Positions 61,698 to 64,000 of a DNA stretch of 64,000 bases are shown in pieces. How positions within the stretch are numbered: the first letter of the stretch is position 1; each line of letters starts with the position of its first letter. This stretch comes from an uncultured Phycisphaerales bacterium. Lineage in GTDB: Bacteria > Planctomycetota > Phycisphaerae > Tepidisphaerales > Tepidisphaeraceae. The notes under the pieces are model-generated. The model was given only the letters and a program-made list of their open reading frames with translations, made no database searches and was not told the origin of the DNA. The stretch lies in assembly GCA_963758525.1 (NCBI GenBank), contig CAVWVQ010000003.1, positions 1,312,001 through 1,376,000 of the forward strand, in the 5' to 3' direction. A program made the position numbers and the translations under genes.

Positions 61698-63342
61698 TGG
61701 GCTCCTCCTGGCGGCTTTCCTGAAGCTCGAGGTAATAGGCGTATGGCTCGTGCGTGACGACGGGGATGGTGTGGAAATTATGCTCCGGAGGCGGCGAGGT
61801 GGTGGTCCATTCCAGGCCGGTGGCGCGATAGGGGTTGTTGCCCGCGGTCTTGCCGTAGCGGAGCGACAGCGTCAGATAGATGAGGGGAAGCACGTAGCCA
61901 ACCGCGAGGATGGAAGCGCCTGCGCTGCTGAGATCGTTCCAGAACTGGAACTCCGGCGGGTAGACGGGGTACCGCCGGGGCATGCCGATGTACCCGAGGA
62001 TGAATTGCGGGAAGAAGGTGAGATTGAATCCGATGAAGATGATGATGGCGGAGACTTTTCCCCACCATTCGTCATACATTTTGCCGGTGATCTTGGGCCA
62101 CCAGAAATGGACGCCGCCCAGGTATGTCATGACCATGCCGCCGACCATGATGTAGTGGAAATGGGCGATGACGAAGTAAGTGTCGTGGACGTGAACGTCG
62201 AGGCCGAGGGTTGCGAGCATGACACCGGTGAGTCCGCCCATGGTGAAGAGGCCGATGAAACCGAGTGCGTAGAGCATCGGAGTTTGCAGGGAGATCGAGC
62301 CTCGGTAGAGCGTGGCGGTCCAGTTGAACACTTTGATGGCCGAGGGGACGGCGACCACCATGCTGAGGAAGGAGAAGACCATGCCGCTATAGACGGAGAT
62401 GCCGGCGACGAACATGTGATGGGCCCAGACGAGAAATCCCAGGATTGCGATGGCGACGCTGGAGAAGGCGATGAAGATGTATCCGAACGGCGCCTTGCGC
62501 GAGAAGCAGGTGATCAGTTCGCTCTCCACGGCCATGCCTGGCAGGATCATGATGTAGACGGCCGGATGGGAGTAGAACCAGAAGAGATGCTGGAAGAGCA
62601 GGGGATCGCCGCCGATGGCGGGGTCGAAGATTCCGATGCGCCAGATGCGTTCGATCCCCACCAGCGCCAGCGTCATCGCCAGAACGGGAGTCGCCAGGAC
62701 CTGGATGATGCTGGTCGCATAGATTCCCCAGACAAACAGCGGCATGCGAAACCAGGTCATTCCCGGGCATCGCATGGTGTGGGTGGTGACGATGAAATTC
62801 AGGCCGGTGAGGATGGTGCTGAACCCGACGATGAAGATTCCGATCACGACCAGCACCACGTGCGTGTTGGAAAAGCTGCTGGAGAGGGGCGTGTAGAACG
62901 TCCATCCGGTATCGACGCCGCCCCAGATCAGGGCGAAGAGCGTAAATGCGCCGCCGATGATGAAGAGGTACCAACTGGTGAGGTTCAGTTTTGGAAACGC
63001 GACGTCGCGCGCGCCGAGCATGAGCGGCATGAGGAAGTTGCCGAGCACGGCGGGGATCGACGGGATCAGGAAGAACCAGACCATGATCACGCCGTGCATG
63101 GTGAAGAGTTTGTTGTAGGTCTCGGATTTGACGATCCAGTTGGTCGGGTAGACCAGCTCCAGGCGGATGAGCGTGGCGGCGACTCCGCCGATGGCGAAGA
63201 AGAGCGTGATGGAGACCATGTAGAGCAGCGCAATGCGCTTGTGGTCCTTGGTCAGCAGCCACGAGCGGACGCGGTAGTCGTGGTTGAGAAAGTTCAACTG
63301 CTTTCTGCGCACCGGAGCGGGAATGTAGGCGGCGGTAGTCAT
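61690..63342 (-). CDS. ctaD: Cytochrome c oxidase subunit I (A2-type, YSHPAVY)
   Basis: [36 protein letters not shown] and GMPRR. Confidence 0.97.
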   Translation of the reverse strand: MTTAAYIPAPVRRKQLNFLNHDYRVRSWLLTKDHKRIALLYMVSITLFFAIGGVAATLIRLELVYPTNWIVKSETYNKLFTMHGVIMVWFFLIPSIPAVLGNFLMPLMLGARDVAFPKLNLTSWYLFIIGGAFTLFALIWGGVDTGWTFYTPLSSSFSNTHVVLVVIGIFIVGFSTILTGLNFIVTTHTMRCPGMTWFRMPLFVWGIYATSIIQVLATPVLAMTLALVGIERIWRIGIFDPAIGGDPLLFQHLFWFYSHPAVYIMILPGMAVESELITCFSRKAPFGYIFIAFSSVAIAILGFLVWAHHMFVAGISVYSGMVFSFLSMVVAVPSAIKVFNWTATLYRGSISLQTPMLYALGFIGLFTMGGLTGVMLATLGLDVHVHDTYFVIAHFHYIMVGGMVMTYLGGVHFWWPKITGKMYDEWWGKVSAIIIFIGFNLTFFPQFILGYIGMPRRYPVYPPEFQFWNDLSSAGASILAVGYVLPLIYLTLSLRYGKTAGNNPYRATGLEWTTTSPPPEHNFHTIPVVTHEPYAYYLELQESRQEEPSV

Positions 63343-63343
63343 G

Positions 63344-64000
63344 TCATCTGCTTTCCGTGGGCGGCGGCGGTGGCGGCGGATAGGGAGTCTCGGCCGGCGG
63401 GAAATTGGGCACAGCGCCGGGCTGATCTCCCGGCGCCGGCCGTGTGGCAGGCGCTGCCAGCGCCGGCGCGGGCCGCTGGCTCACCTGGTCAGCCGGGAGG
63501 TTGCGCACCGGCTTGAGACTCTTGATGTACTGGATCAGCTCGTACAGTTGCTCTTCACTGATCTGCCCCAGGTAGCTGGGCATCACCGCGGGGTAACCGG
63601 CGACGATCTGGCTGCTGGGATTGAGGATCGAATCGCGCAGATATTCCTCATCGGCAGTAATGGTCGATCCGTCCTGCAGGCTGACCTTGCTGCCATAAAG
63701 GCCTGCGAGGCTGGGAGCGCGCTGACCATGACACTGGACGCAACCCAGGCTGGTGAACAATTGCTTGCCGGCGGCGGCAGGAGTCTCGGCCGGCACAGCG
63801 CCGGCGAGCCACGCCTGGTAATCCGGCTGAGTCATGACATAAATCGTTCCCACCATATTGGAGTGGCCGGCCCCGCAATATTGGGAACAGAAGAGGTGAT
63901 AGGTGCCGGTCCGCGTTGGCTGACACCATTCGGTGACATAGCTTCCGGGGACCACATCCTGCTTCATGCGGAACGCGGGGATGAAAAAGTCGTGAATGAC
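63344..64000 (-). CDS. ctaC: Cytochrome c oxidase subunit II with a fused cytochrome c (3' part; start outside the window)
   Basis: VIHDFF, CuA motif [12 protein letters not shown] and heme motif CVQCH. Confidence 0.95.
   Translation of the reverse strand, partial: VIHDFFIPAFRMKQDVVPGSYVTEWCQPTRTGTYHLFCSQYCGAGHSNMVGTIYVMTQPDYQAWLAGAVPAETPAAAGKQLFTSLGCVQCHGQRAPSLAGLYGSKVSLQDGSTITADEEYLRDSILNPSSQIVAGYPAVMPSYLGQISEEQLYELIQYIKSLKPVRNLPADQVSQRPAPALAAPATRPAPGDQPGAVPNFPPAETPYPPPPPPPTESR

Overview
GC-rich bacterial chromosomal window, most likely from a planctomycete (Phycisphaerae/Tepidisphaerales-like; inferred from the LEPR-xLL leader, DUF4159 and DUF5658 proteins, and planctomycete-type RAYT genes). 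It holds mostly housekeeping or metabolic genes: dinG, rsmG, thiS/thiG, serA, a heterodimeric ABC exporter, a GH13, a transketolase, purH, a GMC oxidoreductase pair and the end of a caa3-type oxidase operon. It also has a 3530-aa FHA protein and a small accessory patch at about 55.1-59.8 kb. About ten genes, including purH and cox III, carry single-base frameshifts, which points to long-read indel errors. Two architectures stand out: (1) a CsrA RNA-binding domain continuous with a Zn-dependent FCY1-like cytosine deaminase; (2) an HUH/RAYT transposase domain with its REP palindrome inserted in frame into DinG right after helicase motif III. The intergenic DNA is densely colonised by several unrelated families of palindromic REP/REPIN-like elements and 7-10-mer arrays, some of which enter coding sequences. 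I found no rRNA, tRNA or CRISPR array.
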